Below, piece by piece: positions 21,577 to 31,688 of a stretch of 64,000 nt of DNA. Position 1 is the first letter of the stretch. Each line of letters begins with the position of its first letter. The position numbers and the translations under genes were made by a program. The DNA lies in contig CAWGNX010000001.1 of assembly GCA_963824065.1 (NCBI GenBank), forward strand, positions 30,631-94,630. Direction: 5' to 3'. This stretch comes from an uncultured Chloroflexia bacterium (lineage in GTDB: Bacteria; Chloroflexota; Anaerolineae; Anaerolineales; DRKV01). The notes under the pieces were generated by a model, which saw only the letters and a program-made list of their open reading frames with translations, was not told the origin of the DNA and did not search any database.

Positions 21577-22218
21577 CTATTTGCGCACCTCCAAAACAAC
21601 CACCCTGGTTTCATCAGGAATGGCTGAGCGTGTGATCTTCAAAGATGGCTCTGCAGTTATATCACCAATACCCATTTCTTTAAGGAATTTATCCAACGGC
21701 TGCAAAGGCAGGGTTGTCTCGGGGGTTTGGTAGTGCATGGGAATGACGATGCCTGGTTCGAGCAAACTGATGACCTCAGCTGCTTTGGCGGCGATCAACC
21801 CACCACCGCCCCCGACCGGTACCAAGGCAATACCGACATCTCCCAATGCTTCGATTTCCGCCTGGCTGGGAACTTGGCGCAGATCGCCAAGATGGGCAAT
21901 GGTAACGTTATCAAAATCAAACACATACAGGGTATTGCTGGGCTCCTCTGATTTCCGTTTGGAACCATTGGTCTGAACACCAGTGACAAATACGCCACCG
22001 ATCTCGTATTCGCCCGGGCCGGTCAGCACGTGAGTCCTGCCTTTAACTGCGGAGACGTAATTGTGACCGGGTGCTTCATGGCTAATCGTGACGATATCGC
22101 CTTTGAGATTTAGACGTTCGTAGCCAACTGCGGCGTGGTCATAAGGATCGGTGACGACTACTGCGAGCCCGCGCTCAACCAGGCGAAAGCACGAGTGACC
22201 ATACCAGGTTATTTCCAT
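21577..22218 (-). CDS. MBL-fold metallo-hydrolase
   Basis: ITWYGHSCF, TISHEAPGHN, HLGDL and IPMHY motifs. Confidence 0.9.
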   Translation of the reverse strand: MEITWYGHSCFRLVERGLAVVVTDPYDHAAVGYERLNLKGDIVTISHEAPGHNYVSAVKGRTHVLTGPGEYEIGGVFVTGVQTNGSKRKSEEPSNTLYVFDFDNVTIAHLGDLRQVPSQAEIEALGDVGIALVPVGGGGGLIAAKAAEVISLLEPGIVIPMHYQTPETTLPLQPLDKFLKEMGIGDITAEPSLKITRSAIPDETRVVVLEVRK

Positions 22219-22290
22219 AAACCCTCCCAAAAGTAATGCCCTGATTATACTTCATTTGCCCCGCCTGCCCTGTGTACGTATAATGAGGGT

Positions 22291-23080
22291 ATGTCCATCA
22301 GCCTGCTCGAGCCGAATGTTTCCACCACACCTGGGGCCCTTGTCCGAAAGGAGGGTGATACCTGGCGGTTGGAAATCCCTGCCGGGCCAGGGGGCAAATA
22401 CCGTCTCGCCCAGCTCGACGATTACCGGGACCAATCGCGGGCGCTGTTTCCCCACCAACCGCCACTGGCGCTTGAGCTTGAATGCCGTGCGTCCGGGGAT
22501 AGCCTGCCCGGCACGTGGGGGTTCGGCTTGTGGAACGATCCCTTCAGCCTGTCCCTCGGACTGGGTGGAGGCAGCCGGCGCTTCCCAGCACTGCCGAATA
22601 CAGCCTGGTTTTTCTTTGCCTCACCCCCAAATTACCTGTCCTTCCGCGATGACCTGCCTGCCCAGGGAGCACTGGCAGCCGTATTTCGCAGCAGCCCCAT
22701 GCCAGCGGTCATGCTGGCGTTGGGCGCGCCGCTGTTAGGCCTGCTGGTTATCCCGGGACTGGCGCCGCCGGGTGAGGGCGTTATTCCGGCGCCGTGTTCA
22801 GCAGGCAGCCGCGACGCTGACACACAACCCTCAAGACTGGCACCATTACCGGTTGGTTTGGGAAGCGGACCAGGTTCGGTTTTGGATAGATGGACAGCAA
22901 GCGGACCGGACGGCGGTTGCGCCGCACCCACCCCTGGGATTCGTCTTGTGGATCGACAACCAGTACGCCGCCTTGCCGCCAGAGGGGCGGCTGGCATATG
23001 GTTCGCTTCCCAATCCCCAACCAGCCTGGATCGAGGTGCGCGGGCTGGAACTCACTGAAGGTGCAGGTGCGGCGGGTTAG
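22291..23080 (+). CDS. Hypothetical protein, possible concanavalin/GH16-like fold; frameshift near 22770
   Basis: GTWGFGLWNDP in the first frame, WHHYRLVW...FWIDG...LWIDNQY in the second. Confidence 0.6.
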
Positions 23081-23144
23081 ATGGATCTCATTCAAGGAAA
23101 CAGGGTTCACTTTTCCAGTTTCGATGACACAAATGGGCGCGCGC

Positions 23145-23173
23145 TTGACAATCCATGTGCATCGTATTAGAAT
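23145..23173 (+). promoter_or_regulatory. Sigma70 promoter of the tRNA cluster
   Basis: TTGACA-17 bp-TAGAAT. Confidence 0.8.
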
Positions 23174-23207
23174 TTTCGGGCACTCTGGGAGATTAACAAC
23201 TTAACTG

Positions 23208-23280
23208 GCCGAGATAGCTCAGTTGGTAGAGCACGCGACTGAAAATCGCGGTGTCGCCAGTTCGATTCTGGCTCTCGGCA
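23208..23280 (+). tRNA. tRNA-Phe (GAA)
   Basis: Cloverleaf: GCCGAGA/TCTCGGC acceptor stem, CTGAAAA anticodon loop, TTCGA T-loop. Confidence 0.95.
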
Positions 23281-23344
23281 TTCTCGGCCTGCTGCGTCCA
23301 AGCGCAATTTCAGGCCGCGACACAGCGCCGCGGCGCTGCTTCAT

Positions 23345-23417
23345 GCGGGCATAGTTCAGCTGGTAGAACACCTCCTTGCCAAGGAGAAGGTCACGGGTTC
23401 GAATCCCGTTGCCCGCT
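23345..23417 (+). tRNA. tRNA-Gly (GCC)
   Basis: GCGGGCA/TGCCCGC acceptor stem, TTGCCAA anticodon loop, GGTTCGAATCCC. Confidence 0.95.
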
Positions 23418-23518
23418 CTGTTGGTCCAGCAAGTGGCTGTCTAGTCGGTGGCTGATTGCAGATGACTTTCAGGCTGAAAAGCCGTTTGCGATCAGCCACG
23501 TTTTATTCAAGCTCACCA

Positions 23519-23589
23519 GGCGACGTGGCCAAGTGGTAAGGCAAGGGTCTGCAAAACCCTGATCACGGGTTCGAATCCCGTCGTCGCCT
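23519..23589 (+). tRNA. tRNA-Cys (GCA)
   Basis: GGCGACG/CGTCGCC acceptor stem, CTGCAAA anticodon loop, U discriminator. Confidence 0.95.
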
Positions 23590-23613
23590 CCTGGAAACAT
23601 CATGCTTCGACTG

Positions 23614-23643
23614 ACTCCCCATAACCGGGGAGTTTTTTATTTT
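23614..23643 (+). terminator. Intrinsic terminator of the tRNA cluster
   Basis: ACTCCCC-ATAACC-GGGGAGT followed by TTTTTATTTT. Confidence 0.85.
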
Positions 23644-23662
23644 CCACCATTTGCCCTCGGTA

Positions 23663-26092
23663 TTAAGGCGCATAGTTCGGATCTGGCGGCTGGCCCACCT
23701 GAATGCTGAAGGTCAGAGGGCTGACGGCGGTATTCCCTAAATCACCGGCGCGTGAGCTGGCCCGGCCTGACACGGAAAGCACGCTACTTGCGCCAGCCTG
23801 CCCGGCAACATCGTACACGACCCGCCCGCCGCCCGGGCAGCGGTGGAAGGAAATTGTGCCGGTCACTTTGCCATTCGCATCCTGGCGCAGGGAAACGATC
23901 CAGCGGTAGGCGATTGCTTCGCTGTCGCACGCCACTGGGCTGTGCCACGTGCCGCCGAAATTAATGGGTGTGGGGGTGAGGGTGGGGGTAAGCTCCAGCT
24001 CTTCAAACATTTGGGCGCAGATATCCATGGCACCTTCGCGGGTGGCGCCATCTTCGACGGCAGCAATCAGGCAGTTGCGCAGGTCATCTGTAAAGACAGC
24101 GACGGCGATCGGGTCGTACTGCTCGGCGATCAGCTGGGCGATAATGCCCTGCACAAAACCCTCAATCCAGCTTGTATCCGGCGTGCCAGTCTCGCTCGGG
24201 CTGGGTTCAGGGGTCGTAGTCGCCGCCGGGCTGGGTTCAATGGTAGCGGTCGGCGGCTGGAAGGTAACCGTGGGTTCCTGGGTGGGCTGGCTGACGGGCT
24301 CCGGCTGGGTGGCAGGCACCTGGACCCTACCACCTGGCCCAACGGGAACGGGTAGGCCCTCACCAGCGACCTGCTCATCATCCTCGGTTGAGGGAGTCAG
24401 CTCAGGGATGGCGCCCACGATTTGCTCACCAATCTGACCGGCAAGCTCATCCAGTTTTTCCTCGTCGATATCTGGAAACAGTCCCTGGAGATCGATTTTA
24501 ATCCGTTCCGTGATATCACTCTTAATCTGGTCCCGCGCCGTAGCCTCCAGGGTGCCCAATGGATCCTGGTAGGCAGACCTGATATATTCAGCCCATTCAT
24601 TGGCTTTATCCGCGTACTCAAAACCCTGCTCGATACCCGGCAGCCCAGCCGTAAGCACGGTTTTAACGATATCGACATACAAAGCCGCACCCTGCTCAAT
24701 AAACTGGCTGCCTTCCTGGTGGGCAATTGAAAGCCCGACACGGTCGGTCTTGGTTACATCCTGAGCCGCATAGTAAAACGGCTCGGAAGAAAGCATTTGT
24801 TTGCGAATCTGGGCGGCGTTATTATCCAGATCGCCATTGCGTAATTTTTCTAACAGCTCATCAAAATTTTGCGCACCGCCAGTCAACGCCGGGCTGACTT
24901 CGGCAAACACTTCTGCACGCACAGCTGGGTCCTGGATCTTTTCAGCAATCAGCTGAATCTGCTCGCTTGCCCGCTCACCAGCACCGCCCAGAAACCCAAA
25001 AAACCCGAATATCCCCGAGACAATCCCTGAGCGGGAGCGGGCCATAACGCGGCTGCGTGGTTCATAAATTGCCACACCAGCCCGGCTTTCCAGGCGAGTG
25101 ATGGCTGCCAGGGCGTTTTCCTGTTGGCCCAGCAGGCCGGGATACTGTGCCAGCAATAGATCGACATCCTCAAGGCTGACGTCTCCGGGCAAGCTGTAAA
25201 GCGGGTATTTATAGCTTGCGCTTAAGATTTCCAGCGCGGTGAGCCGAGCCAGGTTTACGTCGACCAAAAAATTAGCAGCTGCCTGGATATCTGCCTGGCG
25301 CTGGGCGTCAGGCTGCCCACCCGTTTGGGTAAATGAAGCCGGGAGATTAACAAACGATCCACCTCCCTCCCCGGCGGCTACAGCGACCCTATCCCAAACA
25401 ATCACCGTGCCATTTTCGTCCACCGCTTCGATATAGTACTGCCCGGCCGGCAGCCAGAACGTCTCTTCGCCGGTGGGGCCGGCATAGGCTGCCAGAGCCG
25501 GTCCCTGGCCCACCTGCCGGATAGCGACCGCCAGAGCAGCAATTTTCGGTTGGTCTTCCTTTGAAAATAAACCTGCCAGCCATGCCCCAGCGACGATCCC
25601 AACCAGACACACAAAGATGACCAGGACCCCACCCACAACAAACCACATGGGGCGGCGGTTTACCGCTGGTCGGGAGGGTTTTACAGCAGCCGGCGGGGGT
25701 ATGGTAGCCGGACCCGGTTGAGCTGGAAGCGGGCGAACAGGTTGGCTCTGGGACGGCGCACTCAACGGCTGCTGGCCAATTTGGGTCGGGTAATCGGGTG
25801 GTGCGATCTGGCGTTCGGCGACTTGCAGCAGGCTGTCCCCAATAGCTATTTTATCTCCCGGACGCAGGCGCACCGTCTCCTGAATCCGGTAACCATTGAC
25901 ATACGTCCCGTTGCTGGACTCCTGATCGGCAATACACAACAACCCATCTTGCATCCAAACCCGGGCATGGAGGCGAGATACCCGTCCATCAACAAGCTGG
26001 ATCTCGTTTTCCTCACCACGCCCTATTCGGACCGAATGAGCAACTTGAAATTCCTTGCCATCGGGTGTGCGTAAAAAATAACCATGGTCCAT
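23663..26092 (-). CDS. FHA-domain single-pass membrane protein with a large extracytoplasmic region
   Basis: IGRG...VSRLHA...SSNGTYVNG FHA motifs, Pro-rich linker, TM helix, P/T-rich linker, Cys-containing C-terminal domain. Confidence 0.85.
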   Translation of the reverse strand: MDHGYFLRTPDGKEFQVAHSVRIGRGEENEIQLVDGRVSRLHARVWMQDGLLCIADQESSNGTYVNGYRIQETVRLRPGDKIAIGDSLLQVAERQIAPPDYPTQIGQQPLSAPSQSQPVRPLPAQPGPATIPPPAAVKPSRPAVNRRPMWFVVGGVLVIFVCLVGIVAGAWLAGLFSKEDQPKIAALAVAIRQVGQGPALAAYAGPTGEETFWLPAGQYYIEAVDENGTVIVWDRVAVAAGEGGGSFVNLPASFTQTGGQPDAQRQADIQAAANFLVDVNLARLTALEILSASYKYPLYSLPGDVSLEDVDLLLAQYPGLLGQQENALAAITRLESRAGVAIYEPRSRVMARSRSGIVSGIFGFFGFLGGAGERASEQIQLIAEKIQDPAVRAEVFAEVSPALTGGAQNFDELLEKLRNGDLDNNAAQIRKQMLSSEPFYYAAQDVTKTDRVGLSIAHQEGSQFIEQGAALYVDIVKTVLTAGLPGIEQGFEYADKANEWAEYIRSAYQDPLGTLEATARDQIKSDITERIKIDLQGLFPDIDEEKLDELAGQIGEQIVGAIPELTPSTEDDEQVAGEGLPVPVGPGGRVQVPATQPEPVSQPTQEPTVTFQPPTATIEPSPAATTTPEPSPSETGTPDTSWIEGFVQGIIAQLIAEQYDPIAVAVFTDDLRNCLIAAVEDGATREGAMDICAQMFEELELTPTLTPTPINFGGTWHSPVACDSEAIAYRWIVSLRQDANGKVTGTISFHRCPGGGRVVYDVAGQAGASSVLSVSGRASSRAGDLGNTAVSPLTFSIQVGQPPDPNYAP

Positions 26093-26222
26093 GGTTGCCT
26101 CCCCATTCCTGAACCACACAAATGGCCAATAAAACTCTGCAGGTGGTTATGTCACTAATAAATATTCGGCGGAATCCTGCATTTCCCCCGAGTCCAGATT
26201 TGAACTACCGGGATTCGTCCGA

Positions 26223-27767
26223 TCACTCGCGGACACCCGCCATAAGCAGACCCAAACGCTCTGGTGTGGCATCATCCCGGTCAACGATATCCATAATCCG
26301 CCCTTCGTACATGACCGCAACGCGATCTGAAAGGGCCATGATTTCATCCAGATCTTCAGAAATCAGCAAAATCGCAGTACCGAGCCCACGCTGTTCCAGC
26401 AGGCGGGCATGCACATACTCCGTCGCGCCAATGTCGAGACCGCGCGTGGGCTGGGCAGCAACAATGACGTGTGGTTCACGCGAAAATTCACGCGCCAGGA
26501 CCACTTTTTGAATATTGCCGCCTGAAAGATACCTGGCCAAAGTCTCACGGGAGGGAGTTTTTACCCGGTAGTTTTTGATCAGGTTATCCGTAAAAGAATC
26601 AATAGCGCGATGGCGCAAAAATCCGCGCTCGGCGAATGGCCGCTTGTTGTGGTCGCGCAGGATAATATTTTCGGCTACCGAAAAACCCTGGATCATACCA
26701 TCCTTCATCCGTTCCTCAGGTATGTATGCAACCTTCCGCTGCGTAAGTTCAGCAGGCGATAAACCAGCTACATCCTGGCCTTCGAGCAGCACCTGTCCCT
26801 GGGTTGCGGGGCGCAAGCCGGTGATTACTTCTGCCAGCTCTCGCTGCCCATTGCCAGAAACCCCAGCCAATCCCAGTATCTCACCGGAATGCACTTCCAG
26901 ATTCACCCCCTGCAATCCAGCTGTACCACGATCCGATTGGGCGTGCAGTTCGTTCACTGCCAGGCGAACTTCACCCTGACCGACATCGGCCATCTCCGGT
27001 TTCATTTTGACTTCGCGGCCAACCATCATCCGCGCCAGGTCTGCTTTGGTGCTACCGGCAGTCTCCCGGCTCGCGACCAGTCGCCCATCCCTCAGAACGG
27101 AAACCCGGCTGCTGATCGCAAGGACCTCGTGCAGTTTATGTGAAATGAAAATAATGGAATGGCCTTCCTGGACCATCTGGCGGATGGTGACAAAAAACTC
27201 ATCTACCTCTTGCGGGGTCAGCACAGCAGTGGGCTCATCAAGGATCAGTAAATCTGCTCCCCGATACAGGGCCTTTAGAATTTCCACACGCTGGCGCTGC
27301 CCAACCGCCAGCTGCCAGATATAGGCTTTTGGGTCAACCTGCAGGCCGTATGTCTTGGCCAGGGAAACAATGCGGCTGGAGACTCGCTCGAGATCGGTCA
27401 GCGGGCCGCGCGAGGACGGCAGTCCTAACGCAACATTCTCAGCAACCGTAAGGGTTTCCACCAGCATAAAGTGTTGGTGGATCATGCCAATGCCTTTTTC
27501 GATGGCATCTGTGGGCGATTTGATGATTACAGGTTCGCCATTGATTAATATCGAACCTTCATCCGGCGCGTATAGGCCATATAGAATCTTCATCAACGTG
27601 CTTTTACCCGCACCGTTTTCGCCCAGCAGGGCATGTACTTCACCAGCGCTCACATCAAAGGTGACATGGTCGTTTGCCAGAACCCCCGGAAAACGTTTGA
27701 CAATGCCGCGAAGTTCGAGACTGCTTATCCGCTGCCGCTCATTAATCTCGTTGTTTCCCTGCGCCAT
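26223..27767 (-). CDS. ABC transporter ATP-binding protein (CUT2, nucleoside type)
   Basis: GENGAGKST, DEPT and LSGGNIQK motifs; tandem nucleotide-binding domains. Confidence 0.95.
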   Translation of the reverse strand: MAQGNNEINERQRISSLELRGIVKRFPGVLANDHVTFDVSAGEVHALLGENGAGKSTLMKILYGLYAPDEGSILINGEPVIIKSPTDAIEKGIGMIHQHFMLVETLTVAENVALGLPSSRGPLTDLERVSSRIVSLAKTYGLQVDPKAYIWQLAVGQRQRVEILKALYRGADLLILDEPTAVLTPQEVDEFFVTIRQMVQEGHSIIFISHKLHEVLAISSRVSVLRDGRLVASRETAGSTKADLARMMVGREVKMKPEMADVGQGEVRLAVNELHAQSDRGTAGLQGVNLEVHSGEILGLAGVSGNGQRELAEVITGLRPATQGQVLLEGQDVAGLSPAELTQRKVAYIPEERMKDGMIQGFSVAENIILRDHNKRPFAERGFLRHRAIDSFTDNLIKNYRVKTPSRETLARYLSGGNIQKVVLAREFSREPHVIVAAQPTRGLDIGATEYVHARLLEQRGLGTAILLISEDLDEIMALSDRVAVMYEGRIMDIVDRDDATPERLGLLMAGVRE

Positions 27768-27783
27768 GCCAGCTCCTGATTGC

Positions 27784-27823
27784 ACAACTCCCGGGCGGCA
27801 GACATCTGCCGCCCGGGAGTTGT
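27784..27823. repeat. Perfect 19-bp inverted repeat between the BMP and ATPase genes
   Basis: ACAACTCCCGGGCGGCAGA-CA-TCTGCCGCCCGGGAGTTGT. Confidence 0.9.
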
Positions 27824-27832
27824 TAAAGGTAT

Positions 27833-28846
27833 TTAGGGAGTAATTTTTCCGTCGATAATATCCTGCACGGCCTGGTCGGCTGCCGCGCGCACATCGGCGG
27901 GCAGGCTGTAAGCTGAGTTGTAATCCATCACGAGACCATCATTCGCCAGGGTGATGTTATACGATTTTCCACCCATGGTACCCTGGTTGATCAGGCTGAT
28001 GATGTCGTTCAACACAACGGTCCAATCATAGACCTGGTTGGCGACAACAATATCCGGCGCAAGCGAAGTTTGGCTGGATTGGGTCCCAAACCACAGGACA
28101 CCATTCTCCTCGGCAATTCCGATCGCGCCTACAACCATCTGAGCCGTACCGGAAAGCACATCTGCACCCGCACCAATATGGGTATTGGCGGCTTCGGAAG
28201 CCAGTGCAACATCAGAGAACGAACCCGTGTAATTAACGTTGACCTGGACATTGGGGTTGGCTGCTTTCGCACCAGCCTGGAAGCCATCGATATAGAGCTT
28301 GGCGTCGCCGGTCTCAATCGGACCGACAATGCCAATTACGCCGCTTTTGGTGAGCAGGCCCGCCATTAAACCATTGACATATCCGCCCTGATTTGAGGCC
28401 GCTTCGTAGGCGAACACATTGTTTATGCCCTGATCGACAAAGGTATCGACGGTTGTCCCGTGAGCAAAGCTTACATTCGGGAAGTCCGGTGCAATTTCAC
28501 GCAGCGAGCTGCCATATTGGGAACCGTGAGCAATCACCAGGTTATAGCCCTGGGAAGCATAATCGCGGATGGCTGCTGCGGCATCGTCGACAACAAACAT
28601 GTTCTCTGAATACACAAACTCGAACTTATCCGGGCCGCCCATCTCGGTCTGAATTTTGGTCACTGCATCGTACATACTCTGGCTGAAGGCCAGATCATTG
28701 ATCGCGCTGGGCATGATGAGAGCCACCCGAAAGGGACTTTCTGGGGTTGTTGGGGTCTCTTCAACAGCCGGAGCTGCGCAGGCACTTACCAGTAAGGCCA
28801 GCAGCATCACCAGGATTACAGCTTTAATTTTGGCAGACGTTTTCAT
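27833..28846 (-). CDS. BMP family ABC substrate-binding lipoprotein (nucleoside)
   Basis: Lipobox VSAC; DLAFSQS, GFQAGAKAANP and GSFSD motifs. Confidence 0.92.
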   Translation of the reverse strand: MKTSAKIKAVILVMLLALLVSACAAPAVEETPTTPESPFRVALIMPSAINDLAFSQSMYDAVTKIQTEMGGPDKFEFVYSENMFVVDDAAAAIRDYASQGYNLVIAHGSQYGSSLREIAPDFPNVSFAHGTTVDTFVDQGINNVFAYEAASNQGGYVNGLMAGLLTKSGVIGIVGPIETGDAKLYIDGFQAGAKAANPNVQVNVNYTGSFSDVALASEAANTHIGAGADVLSGTAQMVVGAIGIAEENGVLWFGTQSSQTSLAPDIVVANQVYDWTVVLNDIISLINQGTMGGKSYNITLANDGLVMDYNSAYSLPADVRAAADQAVQDIIDGKITP

Positions 28847-28963
28847 TCTCCTGATCTCCTTGAATCAAAAGTTGGGGTTTGGGAAACGATACATTTTTAT
28901 ACGGTTTTTTTCGCTTCAGGACCTCCTCTTAGATAGCCTGGCTTCATAAGCGGATTCAACTTG

Positions 28964-29897
28964 TCACCCCTCACGTTCGAACGGCTTTGACAGTGCGGAT
29001 GGCGGGCGCACCCGCTGAACCGCAACGACAAGCGCCAGGATCGTCAGCACATATGGCATCATGACAGCAAAATCGGATGGGATGGGGATCCGCAGCACCT
29101 GGATCCAGAGCTGGAGCGCATTGACCATGCTGAAGAGCAGCGCACCTAACAGAATTCCATACGGGCGCCAGCCGCCGAAGTAGACCAGAGCCACGGCAAT
29201 GAACCCGAGACCGCTGGTCATATTCTGCTGAAAGACATTGAGCAGGGCAATGGAAAGGGATGCCCCTGCAATGCCCGACAGGATCCCACCCTGAATCATC
29301 GTAAAATAGCGAATGCCTGCCACGCTTACACCCAGCGAGTTCGGCTGCCTGCGGATTTTCACCAACGGATCGGATTTTCAAGCCAAGATTCGTTTTGTAC
29401 AGCACGAAAAACGCAATTGGCACAAGGGCATATGCGAGATAGACAATAATGTTCTGCTGGAAAAAAATCGGTCCCAGGATCGGAATATCGCTCAAGAAGG
29501 GAATATGAACTGCAGAAAAACCCTTGACCGTTTCAACCGAACCGAGCATTTTCTGGAATAACAGGTCGCTCATCCCCAAACCGAATAAATAAAAACCAAT
29601 CCCACTGATACCCTGCTCGGCATGCAAATTTACAGTGACGAACGCCATGGCGAGCCCCATCAAGGCGCCCACGAGCATGGCTGCCCCGATGCCCAGCCAC
29701 AGGTTGCCGGTGGTAAAGCCAATATAAAATGCAGCAAATGCCCCCAGCAGCATTTGCCCTTCCACGCCCAGGTTGAGCACGCCGCTCCGCTGTCCAAACA
29801 TTTCACCAATCGAAGCAAACAGATAAGGCGTCGCCAGCCGGATGCCAGAGGCCAGGATGCCAATCAAGACTGTGGCAGAGAAGAGATCTTGAATCAT
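28964..29897 (-). CDS. ABC permease, frameshift near 29340
   Basis: RSGVLNLGVEG and RSVGENP, continuing in a second frame as GLGFIAVALVYFGGWRP...MMPYVLTI. Confidence 0.9.
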
Positions 29898-31045
29898 GCC
29901 TGGACCTCCGATTCGGGAGACGGGACAGCATCGGTTTCACTTTCCTCTTCGGACGCAACTTCCTGCATCCTGCGCCGCCGCTGGCGCCGCCGCCGCCAGT
30001 ACTCACTGCTGACAACAAACACGACTACGAGCCCATTCAGGGCAATGACGAAAGCCGAAGGCACCTGCATGGCCCGCTGTAACGAGTTTGCCCCTACGAG
30101 CAGCGCCCCAAAAAAGAAGGAGGCTGGAATTGCGCCCAACGGGTGAAGCTGCCCAAAGAGGGCAGCAACAATTCCATTAAACCCGGCGCTGCCCGTAAAA
30201 CCGCTCGCCGATCCGTCGGTTATCATGCGGTAGTTCAAGCCATAAACCTGGATCGCACCAGCCAGCCCGGCAAAAGCCCCACTTAACATTAACGCGATGA
30301 CAATCTGCCGCTTGACTTTGATGCCCCCATATCGAGACGCGTCTGGATTTTGACCAACCGCGCGGATGCGATAACCCAATGTCGTATGAAAAAGCAGGAT
30401 CCAGACCAGCACTGCCAGGACAACGGCAATCAACACTCCCAGGTGCAGGCGGGTCGGAGCCAGCCTTGGCAGGTGGAAAGCCGGCAGCAAGCGTGCGGTC
30501 TGGGGTATTTTGGATGCCAGCTCTGCCTGGGATGGATCAATCAGCGGCTCACGCAGCAGGTAGTTCATAAGCTGGACTGCAATTGCGTTGAGCATCACTG
30601 TGCTGAGAATTTCATTCACATTAAAATATGCTTTTAATGCACCCGGGATTGCTCCCCAAACAGCACCACCCAGAAATCCAAACACCATCGCCAGCGTAAT
30701 CACCAGCCAACCGGGCCAATCGGTGAAGGTGAGACCGATGACCGTCGCACTCAAGGCACCGATAATCATTTGCCCTTCACCACCAATGTTAATGACATTC
30801 GCCCGGAAAGCGATACAGATTCCCAGGGCGACGAGCAGTAACGGGACAGCTTTGACGGTCGTTTCGGCGATGGCATTGCCGCTGCCAAAGGCTCCTTTCA
30901 GCAGGGCGCCATAGGCCTCAAGCGGATTTGCACCCAGCAAGATCAACATGACAGCGCCGATTACAAACGCAATCAGCGCTGCAAAAACGGGCAGCAGATT
31001 GTCGAAAGCCTGGGCAAAGCGTGACTTGTTGAAAAAATTATTCAT
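29894..31045 (-). CDS. ABC permease (nucleoside)
   Basis: NIGGEGQ, VNEILST, GYRIRAVGQNP and GFNGIVAALFG motifs. Confidence 0.93.
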   Translation of the reverse strand: MNNFFNKSRFAQAFDNLLPVFAALIAFVIGAVMLILLGANPLEAYGALLKGAFGSGNAIAETTVKAVPLLLVALGICIAFRANVINIGGEGQMIIGALSATVIGLTFTDWPGWLVITLAMVFGFLGGAVWGAIPGALKAYFNVNEILSTVMLNAIAVQLMNYLLREPLIDPSQAELASKIPQTARLLPAFHLPRLAPTRLHLGVLIAVVLAVLVWILLFHTTLGYRIRAVGQNPDASRYGGIKVKRQIVIALMLSGAFAGLAGAIQVYGLNYRMITDGSASGFTGSAGFNGIVAALFGQLHPLGAIPASFFFGALLVGANSLQRAMQVPSAFVIALNGLVVVFVVSSEYWRRRRQRRRRMQEVASEEESETDAVPSPESEVQA

Positions 31046-31073
31046 CGGTTGCTACTCGTTGCAGGCTGGATTG

Positions 31074-31114
31074 AAACAGCAGGGATTTGAGAAGTTCTCA
31101 AATCCCTGCTGTTT
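31074..31114. repeat. Perfect 20-bp-arm palindrome in the ABC operon leader
   Basis: AAACAGCAGGGATTTGAGAA-G-TTCTCAAATCCCTGCTGTTT. Confidence 0.9.
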
Positions 31115-31400
31115 ATTGTTATCTTGACGGACGTGACTGATCCCGTTTCAATCAGGATGGATTCATTACCAGGTGATTGGTTCCGGTCAGACCAGCGAAA
31201 TAGACCAATCTGGCAGCAACCAAAGCCAGATGTACCGGAAAAATTACCAGGGGAGCGTCGTTTGCGATGCACGTCGTCTTCCATATCAAGTTCGATGTCC
31301 GTCGCCCCAGGACCAGCCTGCCCAAATTCCAGGCTGTAAGTGGCCCCAAAGGGTTTTATTTTCCCCGGTCGTTCCTGGGAAAAACCTTCAGGTTAAGGGC

Positions 31401-31409
31401 ATTATAGCA
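31401..31409 (-). promoter_or_regulatory. Extended -10 promoter for the ABC operon
   Basis: TGCTATAAT on the minus strand. Confidence 0.6.
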
Positions 31410-31500
31410 TATTTGAGAAGTTTTTCGCGATGTTGTCGGACAACTTGCCCAAGAAAGAAATGCATAGCCCGGCGGACCTATGGCGCAGGCTGGCAAACCC

Positions 31501-31509
31501 TGCTATAGT
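31501..31509 (+). promoter_or_regulatory. Extended -10 promoter, divergent, toward RNase H
   Basis: TGCTATAGT. Confidence 0.45.
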
Positions 31510-31688
31510 GGCGTTATGCAGAACGCGCAGCGGCGCAGACCAAACGATTTGATACCACGCTCGATGTACCCTGCCCCTCAATCCCTGACGCAACTGTACC
31601 TGACGCGGCGGAGACCTGTCTTTCAGTCTCCGCCGCTCAATTTCAACCAGGCATAAAATTAAAATCTGGCCGGTAAAGGAGCCTGCCC

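Noticed and set aside
23519-23660. tRNA-Cys as an integration site for an island
   Set aside because: No integrase and no duplicated tRNA 3' end seen in the window; the shared 19-mer is only between tRNA-Gly and tRNA-Cys.
31129-31330. ZTP (pfl) riboswitch-like fragments on the plus strand (GACGTGACTGA ... CAGGGGAGCGTC)
   Set aside because: The halves are ~110 nt apart, the CGCCTGGGC P3 element is missing, and the strand is opposite to the transporter.
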